A DNA stretch of 64,000 nucleotides from positions 682,001 to 746,000 of the forward strand of contig CM120640.1 in the NCBI GenBank assembly GCA_051362555.1. Reading direction: 5' to 3'. Under the pieces are notes generated by a model. That model searched no databases, had not been told where the DNA came from, and saw nothing but the letters and a program-made list of their open reading frames with translations. This document shows positions 52,070-64,000 of this stretch, piece after piece (position 1 is the first letter of the stretch; each line of letters opens with the position of its first letter). A program made the translations under genes and the position numbers. The DNA comes from Lingula anatina. Lineage: Eukaryota; Animalia; Brachiopoda.

Positions 52070-53743
52070 CACAGATTTGTTATTATTTAAAACTTACATT
52101 CATATGTAAAAAGAGAAATTAATAACAACACCAAAGACACTGTAAAGTCAAGCTTCCTATTTAATCGCCATGAGGGAACTGCTAGGTGGGGACCGAACTT
52201 TTCCGACCAATGATTGACAGACCGTAAAACAGAGTCCACCCCCACCCGTGTAATCTCCTTCTGTTGTAACTCTGTTGTAACTCCTTGATTTTAACAAGCC
52301 CCCCCCCCAACAATTGCCCCTCATGGCAAAATTTTCAGTCCACAATGCTTGTAAATGATATCAAAACCACACTCTTCGCATTAAATACATAAAAATAATC
52401 GAATAAAATCGATCTTAATTCTTCAGAAAGAAATTATTTGAAAGACTGACATAACGCCTCAGTTTTGCGTATTATCACCTTATTTCCAAATATTTACTCA
52501 CGATTATTCCTCTGGTTGTTTCATAAGCTTGTTTAACATAGGGACGCTAAGGATGCTCTTTGTTTTCTTTCTGGCAGGGTTGTTAAATAGTTAAAAAAAG
52601 GTTGTCGAAACAACTAAAGATTATTGCTACGAAAACACAAACATCAGAGAAGTGGTGCATGTTGTACGTTCATGTAAAGTATTTTAAACCAGTTTGATGT
52701 CTACAATATTCAATATGGTCACCATGTAAACTTAAAGGACATCCGACATACCGTCAGAATGGCCTGAACGGAACATATTCTTCAGAAAACATGCCCAATT
52801 AACGACATCTTTATCCAAATACACAAATTAAGCTCATTTTGTAAATTTTGGACTATTTGCTCGGCCTGGGAGTTAACGAGCTACGTGGTTACGTGGTCCG
52901 ACGACGACAATTGTGCCACCGGCGGAGCTGTCAAACTCAGCTGCATACCCGAGGGGTCTAAATCCTCATGAAGCTGTGTAAAACCATTTCCCGTCTATTC
53001 AATTCTTTAACAAGCATTAAATTATGCTTATCCCAAGTTGTATAAAACACTGCATTTAAATGATTTAAGGGTACTGTTAATTATTCCATATTAGGTCCAT
53101 GTTATTTGTGAAATTCAATTTATTTTATTAAACTGCTGACACCCCGTCTTGCATACTTTTATTAAACTGAGGTAAACAATGCCTGTTACCTTTACAAGTC
53201 CTATCTTAATCATCCATCTAACTGGGACTTTTTTACCTCTTAATTAGAGGGTTAAATGGCATTCAATTCTCCTGTAGCTTTTGTCTTGCGAGTATCGAAC
53301 GCACTCTTGCTGGCGATATTTATCTCAGGTAAAAATCTACCTGTGCGTTAGTTTCCAAGAGCTGCTTCCGCAGACCTGGGGGCACTAGATCTGAACACCA
53401 GGTTTATTGAGGAGCTAGAGAAACAAAGGGAGAATTTTTCCTGCAGAGCTTCATAGGAATTTTAACAAGGACTTGATCCAGACCTCCAATTTAAACTAAC
53501 AGGGTAACATGGGCAATTTTCACAAACAAATAATAAAACTATATTTCAGTTAGCCTCCTTTTAAATAAATATACCGTTATGGGTAAATTAGAATATTTAT
53601 TAAATCGCGAGAATATTTTTGACTTAAATGATGATTTTATTATTAATGGAAATTGATTAAGCTACTATATGTGGTTCATTTGCTGTGATTACGCTGCCCT
53701 TCGTGTTTTGCGTTAGTCTACATTTTGCTGTACCTGCTCGGAA

Positions 53744-56475
53744 TTTTTATGTACAGACACAGATGTGTCTGTACATATTGCCATCACCTCCGTCGCTGTC
53801 GCCGTCGCCGTCGTCGCCGAGCACTTTCAATGTAAACGCGATAAGTGGAAGGCAGTTTTAAATTTTTTGCTTAATATTTACAGAGCCAATGAATATTCAT
53901 AAAACGCAGGTCACGTTCGAAAATCAGCATGATCGGGCCATTATTGTAGAAGTTATGCTGTTTTTTCACTTTTCAGCATATATGCAACACTGTTAACACT
54001 TTTCTAGGAAAACCGATAGGCCTGTTGTCATGAAACTCACAGGAGTAATCGATCGTACTATAACGCGGGTCAAGTTCGAAAATCGGCATGATCGGGACAC
54101 TATTTTAGTAGTTATGCTTTTTTTTTCACTTTTCAGCATAAATGCAATATTGTAAACACAATATAAGAAAAACAGATAGGCCAATTGTCATGAAACTCAC
54201 AGGAGTAATGAATCTTACTAAAACGCAGTTTGAGTTCGAAAATCACATTTTTCACATTTCCTCAGATTCAATTCTTAGGCATGTTAACAGTCTCATTATT
54301 GAACTAATAAGATATGTAAAGGTGTTTGTTTGACATTTCCTGCATCTTTACAACATTGTTAGTTGATTTTGTAAAAAGGATGGTAAACTTGTTATTGTGT
54401 ATTGTGTAATATAGTTGCAGTTGCCAGATTCAATCATTCACTAGAACTCAGAATGGAAATTGGACATTTTACACTGCTCTATAGATATTTTTCCAATCTC
54501 ATCAATTTTTTTAGTTGATCATATAAAAATGGCAGTTAACTGTTAATTTGGTTTTATGTTAAAAATTGTTAAAACTGAAAAAAAAAAAAAAAAAACATTT
54601 CAGAACAGTGCTGTCTTGTTTACATTTTTGCATTTTCAAGTTGTGACTTTGAAGTTTCATGGGCCTAAAGACCTTTGCTAGTCACATTTTCTGAATATCT
54701 ATGATACTAATATTTTATTATAAAAAATTAATAGTCATTAGGCCACACTTTTTTATTTTTATGGATGACATCCTGCGTGCGCACCGATTTTCGTCGGTTC
54801 TCAAACAAACAAAAAAAAAAAAAAAAATTCCCCCCTCCCAACGAAGTAGGTTGTCAGAAACGTCGTTATTGCATTTGCCTGAAAATGAGCTTTCTGCGCA
54901 TGCGTATTATCGCCACGTGGAAATATGGCCGCTTTGCCGTCAAATTGATCTATAGGATTACTATCAAAATACACGACAATTAAAGTCATAAAGAGAACGG
55001 GGGCCGTCGTTTTGGATTGGTTTGCCATTGATATTGGGCATGGAGATATCACCTTTTTACAATTATAGGAAAGGCTGGCCGCGGCCAGCGATTATCGCCC
55101 GGAAAATTTCAGTGACATATATTCTGTCCAAAGCAGCACTACACATAAGCCTACCAGGTTTTTTTTTTGTAGCGAAAAAAAGGATCGACAAGATCAACAA
55201 GTTATTTGGTAGGCTAAAGGTCGGACAGGCCACCCGATAGTTTGGCTGCTTCGTGTGAGTCGAAGTAGACAAAATGGCATCGACCGAAATGACCTTTTAT
55301 AAATTTGGTAGTATTAAGCATAGGCCTATCTTTGCAACATTTTTTAACAATTCTGTGAAGTGTTCATAATGCTTTGCTGAGAGTACAAATAAAGACACGC
55401 TTTTTATTTTATATTTATTTTATTGATTGCTATACCAACAAAATGCATGAAATAACCTTAAATAGATTTGGTAATATGCAGCATATATATTCAGGACTTT
55501 TTACCTTATTACCAAATAAGCCCTATTCACACTGCTTTAATATTTTGAGAGCATGGATAAAGACGTGTTGTTAGTTTGATACGTGTTTCTGTGGTGAATT
55601 AGTGTTTCCAGTTGTGTACTGGCGGCATAACTTTTCTTAAGCAGTAATTTTTTTGGACTGTTTTTTTTTTCGCCCTCTCGCACCGATTTGGGGGTCAATA
55701 GAGGATGTCATCCATAAAAATTAAAAAGTGTGGCCTTATGCTGTTAAACATAAAATATTGCATCAAAATTTGAAAAAAAAAACAAACTTATTTTGGACAC
55801 TGCTCCCATGATGACCATTTAAGGAAAATAATGTCACTCACTGTTCTCAAACTTACAGGAAAGAACCATGGGACTAAAATATAGCTTCAGTAGGCAATGC
55901 AATCTGTTTGGTAATTCTTTCTGCCAGTTAAACAGTTTTTTGTGAAAATTTAATTTTTCACACATTGACATTTTCAAGGTGTGACTTTGAAGTTCCGCAG
56001 GCTTGAAGACCCATGCTAGTCACATTTTCTGAAAATCCATGATACGTATATTTTATTATTAAAAATTGATGGTCATTATGCTGTTAACCATTATGTAATA
56101 TTGCATCAGAATAGAAGAAAACACAATTTTGGGTGCTGCTGCCAATATGACCATTATGGGAAAACCATGTTATTTATGATTGCCAAACTTTCAAAAAAGA
56201 AAAACAGGACTAAAATGCAGCCTGACTTGGAAAAGCAGTCTAATTGACTTCTTTTTCTGGAAGTTATACATTTTCAAAGTGTGAACTCCCATGGGCCTGA
56301 AGCCTTATGCTTGTTACACATTTTACTTACGTTGGTATTACCTGTTGAGCATAATTAAAATTTAATGTTGAATTTGCAGTTTAACATAATGTACTTTTGC
56401 ATCAGAATTGACAGTAGCCCATTTTGTTATTTCATGCTTTTTGTCTGTACATTTGACAGCTTTGCTGCCTTGTTT
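53744..56475 (+). mobile_element. Full-length HINE copy interrupted by a TIR element
   Basis: Near-colinear reverse complement of 8703-10687 with both termini. Confidence 0.85.
54741..55735. mobile_element. Shorter copy of the GGCCACAC TIR element, inserted in the HINE
   Basis: TTA TSD on both sides; lacks ~670 bp present at ~46446-47116; the neighbouring HINE unit shows the empty site GGTCATTATGCTGTTAA (~56071). Confidence 0.88.
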
Positions 56476-59044
56476 AAAATCTGTGCATACAATTTTTGCA
56501 GGCCTGGTTACGCCCCTGTTATGTGATGAAAGTTTAAATTTGGCAATTAGTTCCTTTGCTTATTTAAAGAGAATTGCAGTGTAAAATTTTCAACAAGATG
56601 TTGGTGCAATAGCCCTTCACTCTTTGTGGATATTTCGCCCGTCAAGGTTTCTCTAAAATTATCTTTCAATCTTTACTCTTTCAAGGGCAGTATAAAGTTA
56701 TCTGACATATTTTCCTAAAAACTTAAGCCAAGTGTCTCAAGTTCATTCCGTACCCAATTTTTACCCAAGCAATTTTTCTTGAGTAGATCTTTATAGCACG
56801 CTGTTATATACAATTTTTCGAAGAAGGGATTTAAATGATACCAGGTTATGTACATTGAACTTAGTAATCAGTAGTGCTCTTTTTTACACCCAACAATCTT
56901 TTAAAAATCTGTTTGTGCCTTTCTTATATCCCTTACCAGGTTAAATCTCCATGCATAATTTAAAATATACTAACGTGCGTAAAACTGCACATTTAGTAAA
57001 CGCATGAAAGTAAATGATTTTTTACATGCTTCTTGTAGCAAACAATGCTCTTTTACCTTGATCTGCTACATGTTATGGGTTTGACAAAGCTTACAAATTT
57101 GCTAAAAGTTTTGCGTACAAAAGCAGAACTTGCTTTTCAAGTTATAAAATGATAAATCTTTTAAATTATTTTATATGTCAGATGAAATGAACTTCAGAAA
57201 CAAATGTTTAAAGCATAAACGAATTAGGATAACGAACCATTTTATTACAGCAATTCCCATTTTTTCTTTAATATACCCCTCTTTTTTCTGTTTTTCCTCA
57301 ACACGTTTTCTTCCACGGAGATAATGCCTGGGCAAACGCATGCTTCTAGATATATAAGCAGCAATGAATGTCTCAATTAGGTATCCATAGTCTTGTACTT
57401 TTGGCTTCCTTTATGGCTCATCTTTTCCATGTTTTAGAAGCAAGTTCTCTTTTGGAATCTGCAAGCAAGGGAGGTGCTACAGGGTTCAAGCCAGTTTTCT
57501 TGGTCATTTTGCTTCAAAGTCTATTCACTTTGCTTTAGCGAGTTGTTGACTTCTTTTAGCCTTTGAGAGAGTGAATTACATTGATTCTACTTTGCTCTTA
57601 TGTGTACTCCTTTGCCACTGTGTCACTGTGTGGAATTAAACGGGCTGCTTTTACAAGTACGAGTCCTTAAGTCTCAACCATGGTCATCCTATGAGATTGA
57701 TACCCTAAACCAATTGACCAAATAGTACAGCTGTTTTGGGAATTTGCTATGCAACATTAATCAACTTCATATGTCCCAGTCACCTTAGTATTTTTTTGTA
57801 CAGAAATGCCTCTAAAACTTCTGTAATGGTTACTCTGGCTTGAGTGGTATTGCCAAAGGTTGTGTGCAAACATCTTTGTTTTAAGAGAGTGAGCCTCTTG
57901 CCCTGTATTCAGGTCTCTGGTCCGTATACACACATGTAGACGGGAAATTAGTGTGCATGCTTTATGACCTATTTCTAGAATGTCACATTTTCACCTTCGT
58001 TTGTCCATTTGTTACTGATTCTCTGATTGTTACCAGCCTATTACTAAAAACTTTCAGAATAGACATTAATGAAGTGTTCAGGATAGGTCATTTTTGGGCT
58101 AAAAGTAAGTAGATTTTGGTGGTGATCTACTTGTTAATTAGTTTATTAAGAAAGTTTGTTTTAGTCTGTGTTTCTCCAATGTTTGGATTTCCAAATATTT
58201 TTCATCTCTCAGAGAAGAATATTCCAATCGAATAATGTTGGATTTTAAAAATTCATGGAACATATTGAGCAGAACCCATCCGTGAAGTGTGAGAATTACC
58301 TGCACCTACATATACATAGTATCATAAACATTCTTTGTCATGTTGTATTTGAACTCCTTTATCGTCACTTACATGTGCCATACACCATTCACCATCAATG
58401 TACTTCACTTTGCAGCACCACTTCATAAGTTACCTGAATGTATTATTATCCAACACTATTCTCTGAAGAAACAAAAGATGTTCTTGAAGTTCCAGATATT
58501 AGGATATTTATTTGCAACTTCTTTGCTGGTCTCAATTTATTATAGTGATTGCTTCCCGGCTTTATATTTTCAAGCTGGAAACAAGCAAAATTGAAAAATT
58601 CAGGTTCTAAGCTACAAGAATCAATAAAATACCTTTGCCTGATGGGGAGTGCGGACAAATCCTTAAATATTGCATTTTTTTCATTTTGGGTCATGGACTA
58701 TAGGAAGAGTGCAGTACAATAGTGTTTGTTCTTTCATTTTATATGTCCAATGCTTAAACATTTTGTATCTGCAAGCAATGATATACCTGGGCATGGATTG
58801 TATTAGGTGTGACAACCGTTATTAACAACAGTGAATTAACCTACATTCCTTCTACATTCTCACCTCAAATCTTTCGTCCATCCTAAAATATACAATGCTT
58901 AGTATTATCCTTATCAATATTAGTATTGTCTTTATCATTATTACTATTAATTTATTTACTTTTCATTTATTTAGATGTTTAAAATATTTTACATGTATAA
59001 TATATTAAGATAAAAATTTTTGCTCATTTGTACCAATTTACCAG

Positions 59045-59091
59045 TCCCAGAAAATCAAGACCGTCATGCAGTCCCATGCCCAAATAAGCAG
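59045..59091 (+). CDS. Candidate short linker exon of the caspase gene (GC-AG donor)
   Basis: CCAG acceptor; phase 1 in, phase 0 out; PENQDRHAVPCPNKQ; donor CAG|GCAAGT; in frame with 59284. Confidence 0.45.
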
Positions 59092-59283
59092 GCAAGTTTC
59101 GGTGTTTGAAATGATTGCAGTATGGATACTTGTTTTCGTTTTAAGTTAAAGTATGTCCGATTTGCACACGTTTAAGTAAGAATATAAGATGAAATGCATT
59201 TGTACATATGTAGTCACATGAAGTATTTTTTAATGATGAATATTATATGCCTGTAATATATTTATGCTTTAATGACATTTTAG

Positions 59284-59454
59284 TACAAGAATGACTCTGA
59301 ACCAAGAGGTCGCGCACTAATTATAAATAACAAGACATTTTCCGTGGGTGGCTTTCCAAACCGAGATGGCACAGAGGTAGATGTAGATGCCTTGAGGAAG
59401 CTTCTCCATTACCTACAGTATGAAACAGAGATCATCCATAACCTAAAGGCAAAA
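59284..59454 (+). CDS. Caspase (peptidase C14) large-subunit N-terminal exon; later exons not found in the window
   Basis: TTTTAG|YKNDSEPRGRALIINNKTF..PNRDGTEVDVDALRKLLHYLQYETEIIHNLKAK|GTAAGT; 171 nt, phase 0-0; missed by the ORF track. Confidence 0.88.
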
Positions 59455-60860
59455 GTAAGTTTACTTAGGAGACCATCGTGTGTTTTAATGGATGTGCATA
59501 AGAGTTAAGGAGGCTCTCTCAACAACATTTCTACTCGACCAATTTTGATGAAAAGTGTAAGAAAAGATCTACTTACCATTTGAATAAAATATGTTTAAAA
59601 ATTCTGGGGCATTCCAGCTAATTTTTGAGAAGTCACATTTAATACATTGCCTTATACGCGATTTTGCCAAAATGGCCAAACTAAATCAAATTAAATTAAA
59701 AATTTTGCCGTAGCGATTTCAACCCTATTTAAATGTTTTAGTTCTTGGATTTTTATTGATTTTAAACAGGACTCAATGGAAATTGCTTAGCAAATTTATA
59801 TATAAATGTGAGTATGGATGGGTTTATAATTGTAAAGCTATTTTGTCCAAACAAAATTATATTCATACCCTTTTTCAGCTAGCCAAATTTCATCTAATGA
59901 GCGCTTATCATTCATAAGAAATTTATGTTCAAATGTTGAAGTTTCATTTTGATTCATAGAATGCTTCTATCTTGGATTTTTTGGGCTGCCTCAAGCATAT
60001 ACAGTATATCAATCTTATGTGACATGGTAAAATATATGCACATTTCAAGCTAAATTGTATAGTTTGTACATGTATTTTTTATCAATTTATCAAGTCCATA
60101 CTACTGGCAAGTTAGCTGTATTAATTCTTTGTATGGAAGATCGTGACACAGTGCTAAAGACACCAAGTGACAAATATGTTAGAAGAAAACTTAATAATCA
60201 AGTGATTTTAACTGCATTTTATGTTTATAACATTAAATCAAATGAATACCAAATACAGGCTTGAAACTTAATTAATGTGGTATATTTTAGTTTAAAAGGC
60301 ATGTCAATGTAAAAAGCGGGTTTTAAGGCCACTTGTACTGCCTTAAGCAGGTTACTATCCCAGGCGACCCATGAAGATCCCCCTGCAAACAATGCATCAT
60401 CGTTGTCTATTCCTGCAATAAAATGGGAACCATTAACATTTTTGGGCACAACACTAGAAAGATATGGTTTTCATGTTTTAAAAGTTATTAAAACAAGAGT
60501 CAAATCCTTATTTTCATTTATAAGTCCGAAAAGCAGAAAAATTAAATTAAAAAAAAAAAAACTCTTTGGAAAAAAATATTCCATATTAATTGTCAAGTCT
60601 GTATAATTTATAAACATGTAAGTGTGAGATTTGGACTTTAAAATACATTTCTTTATCCATTAAACAACCAATAACTCATAAACTACAAAGCAAATTCTTT
60701 TTGTACCGGTTAAAAAGGAAAAATACAGTTCCTGTAACTATTTTTATTTGCATCAAAAACCATCGTTTCTTTGGCTTGTGTTGAATGGGTTTTGTCTTTT
60801 GGCAGTTTTAATTATCTATTTTAAGAATGTTACTGATGCAGCCTTACCGTCACATGGAAC

Positions 60861-63396
60861 TTTTTAGGTACATACACAGATGTGTCTGTACATATTGCCA
60901 TCACCTGCGTCTGTCGTCGCCGTCATCACCGTCATCGCCGTGCACTTTCAGCATAAACACAATAAGTGGAAAACAGTTTTACTTTTTGGGTTTATATTTA
61001 CAGAGCTGATGAATATTCATAAAACGCAGGTCAAGTTCGAAAATCAGCATGATTGGGCCATTATTGTAGAAGTTATGCTGTTTTTTTCACTTTTCAGCAT
61101 ATATGTAACACTGTAAACACATTTCAAGGAAAACCGATAAGCCTGTTGTCATGAAACTCACAAGAGTGATCAATCTTAGTAAAATGCAGGTCAAGTTCGA
61201 AAATCAGCATAATCATGACATTATTTTAGTAGTTATGTTGTTTTCTTTCACTTTACAGCATATATTCAACACTTTAAACACAATATAAGAACAAGGCAGC
61301 AAAGCTGTCAAATGTACAGACAAAAAGCAGGAAATAACTATGCACAAAATAGGCTACTGTCAATTCTGATGCAAAAGTACATTATGTTAAACTGCAAATT
61401 CAACATCAACTTTTAATTATGCTCAACAGGTAATACCAATGTAAGTAAAATGTGTAACAAGCATAAGGCTTCAGGCCCATGGGAGTTCAAGTTCTATAAA
61501 TAATATACTAATATTTTATTATTAAACATTGATGGTCATAGTGCTGTTAAGCATTATGTTATATTGCATTTAAATATAAGAAAACACAATTTTGGATGCT
61601 GCTACCATGATGACCATTATGGGAAAACCATGTTACTTATGGTTGTCAAACTTTCAAAAAAGAAACACAGGACTAAAATGCAGCCTGAGTTGGAAAAGCA
61701 GTCTAATTGGCTTCTTTTTCTGGAAGTTATACATTTAAGTGAAATATTCATTTTTATCGTGTTGGCATATTCATTGTGGGACTCAGAGCTACCATGGACA
61801 TGAAGACGAATAGTAATCAAATTTTCTACATGTCCATGCTATTTATAGCCAATAAAAACTTTTGATGCAATATTACATAATGCTTAACAGCATAATGACC
61901 ATCAATTTTTAATAATAAAATATTAGTATCATGGATATTCAGGAAATGTGTCTACATGTAGCAAAGTTCTTCAGGACCATGGAACTTCAAAGTCACACCT
62001 TGAAAATGCCAAAATGTGAAAAATTAAATTTTCACAAAAAACTGTTTAAGGTAGTAATTATTATATTTAAGTTGGTTGAGTTTTGTTTCACAAGCTCTTT
62101 CTATTTTATTGTCTCTATGGAGGTATATGGGGACTTTACGACATTCGGTTTGAAGGCTTTAGCCACTTGTTATAGTTTATTGTTGCATTGTATTGGATTA
62201 ATGTGGCAGTCCAAGGTTGTCCTAGGTGGTTTTCAAGTTTATGCACCGGGTTTTAATATCATTTAGCGATTTTACGACAACCGTTTACTATCCAATCAAG
62301 GTGACAGCCGAGCGTGCGCAGACATATAGACGAGGCGTAAATGGGCAAAGGCACGTCCCCTAGGTGTCTAGTGGTGAAGAAGGCTGACGTCACGACTAAC
62401 ATGGTGGCTGCTGTCAATGCATGGAGGGGGCTTCCGATTGAAAATGTTCAATAATAACGTTGAAAATGTATGAAAGACATAGTGACAGTTACATAGGCAG
62501 TGAGTAGAGGGCTGAACCAGTGTAATTAACTAAATTTCTCAGCTTGTTAATGCAACTTAGTCATTATATAACGTTGGAATCTCTGGGGAGCACTAAAAGG
62601 CTGATTTCTCCGCTTCAGTTTATGGCTTCAAGAGAACGATTTAGACCAATGACAAAATCAATTAGAACTCTCAACCGATAAAAACCGTTAGATCTAAGGT
62701 TTGTCTGAAATTATATGTCTGGGATTTCATAACATCAGCTCCGTTTTCAACTTACGCGTGCTTTCGTTAGGCTAAGGGGTCTCGTTGAACTGGAAACCAG
62801 GTTTATTTTGATATCTCTGCTAATTTAACACATATCGCTAATTTGAGACGCATTCTAGTTGATCCCAATGAGGGCTTACGAGTCAAGCTGTCTACACGTC
62901 CATTTGTAGTGGAGCACACTTATTAAGCATAATATCTCATTACGTAACGATTACATAATAAAAATAAAGATATGAAATGAAGAGCTGTTGAAATAAGCTT
63001 TCTATTGATATGTAACATGTTGGTATATCTTGGGCGGTTTAGAAGATAGCTACCCCTGTTAATTACTAACTTTACTGCAAGAAAAATTTACCAAACAGAC
63101 TGCATTGCCTACTGAAGCTGTATTTTAGTCCTATGTTTCTTTTCTGTAAGTTTGAGAACAGTAAGTGACATGGTTTTTCCTTAATGGTCATCATGGGAGC
63201 AGTGCCCAAAAAAGGGGTTTCTTTCTATTCTGATGCAATAATACATATTGGTTAACAGCATAATGACCATCAATTTTTAATAATAAAATATAAGTATCAT
63301 GGATATTCAGGAAATGTGACTAGCAAAGGTCTTTAGGACCATGGAACTTCAAAGTCACACCTTGAAAATGCCAATATGTGAAAAATTATATTTTCA

Positions 63397-63446
<50 letters not shown>

Positions 63447-64000
63447 GTTTAACTGCCAGAAAGAATTACCAAACAGACTGCATTGCCTACTAAAGCTGTA
63501 TTTTAGTCCCTTGTTTCTTTCCTGTAAGTTTGAATACAGTAAGGGACATGGTTTTCTTTAAATGGTCATCATGGGAGCAGTGCCCAAAATAGGGGGTTCT
63601 TCGAATTTTGATGTATCATAACATAATGTTTAACGGCATAATGACCATCGATTTTTAATAATAATAAAATATTAGTGTCATGGATATTCACAAAATGTAA
63701 CTAGCAAAAGTCTTCAGGCCCATAGAACTTCAAAGTCACACCTTGAAAATGCCAATATGTGAAAAATTAAATTTTCACAAAAAAAAAAAAAAAAAAAAAA
63801 AAACTGTTTAACTGCCAGAAAGAATTACCAAACAGACTACATTATCTACTGAAAATGTGACTAGCAAAAGTCTTCAGGCCTGTTCTGAAATGTTTTTTTT
63901 TCATTTTTAACAATTTTTAACATAGAACAAAATTAACAGTTTATTGCCATTTTTATATCATCAACTAAGAAAATTGATGAGATGGGAAAATATCAATAGA
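60861..64000. mobile_element. Rearranged HINE cluster: + copy 60861-~61289 abutting a - copy from ~61290, continuing past the window end
   Basis: 5' hairpin and 159-bp units, then AACAAGGCAGCAAAGCTGTC (3' end, reverse orientation) and ~340-380 bp units with long poly-A. Confidence 0.75.
62050..63070. mobile_element. Kolobok-like non-autonomous element inserted into a HINE unit
   Basis: Host motif ACTGTTTAACTGC is split: TTAA|GGTAGTAATTA ... TAATTACTAAC|TTTA; intact host motif at ~63444 and ~63803. Confidence 0.7.

Noticed and set aside
53447-53503. Short exon using the CCTGCAG acceptor
   Set aside because: Stop codons in all three frames before the donor.
57340-57960. Decayed - strand transposase-like sequence
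   Set aside because: No frame or motif could be recovered with confidence.

Overview
AT-rich, intron-containing animal genomic DNA; the repeat types and protein families suggest a marine lophotrochozoan, probably a mollusc (inference). Three conserved genes can be spliced by hand: LMF1 (+, 5' end cut by the window edge, to 5403), POLR2M/GRINL1A (-, 6569-8507, last intron U12-type) and METTL25 (-, 25459-29053). The right half holds a + strand locus with a trypsin-fold exon (49237-49918) ending at a phase-1 donor and, about 9 kb downstream, a caspase p20 exon (59284-59454). The splice phases allow a single trypsin-like/caspase fusion gene running out of the window; this is the most novel candidate and is not proven. 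The rest is dense with mobile DNA: a TIR/TSD-bounded decayed ISL2EU element, a second ISL2EU-type SWIM-YqaJ gene split by a Gypsy element whose 5' LTR carries an EnSpm-like insert, a Gypsy remnant with an env-like ORF, several Helentron-like (HINE) elements carrying satellite units, and Kolobok- and Harbinger-type non-autonomous elements. No rRNA, tRNA or CRISPR seen. All family assignments come from motif recognition, not database searches.
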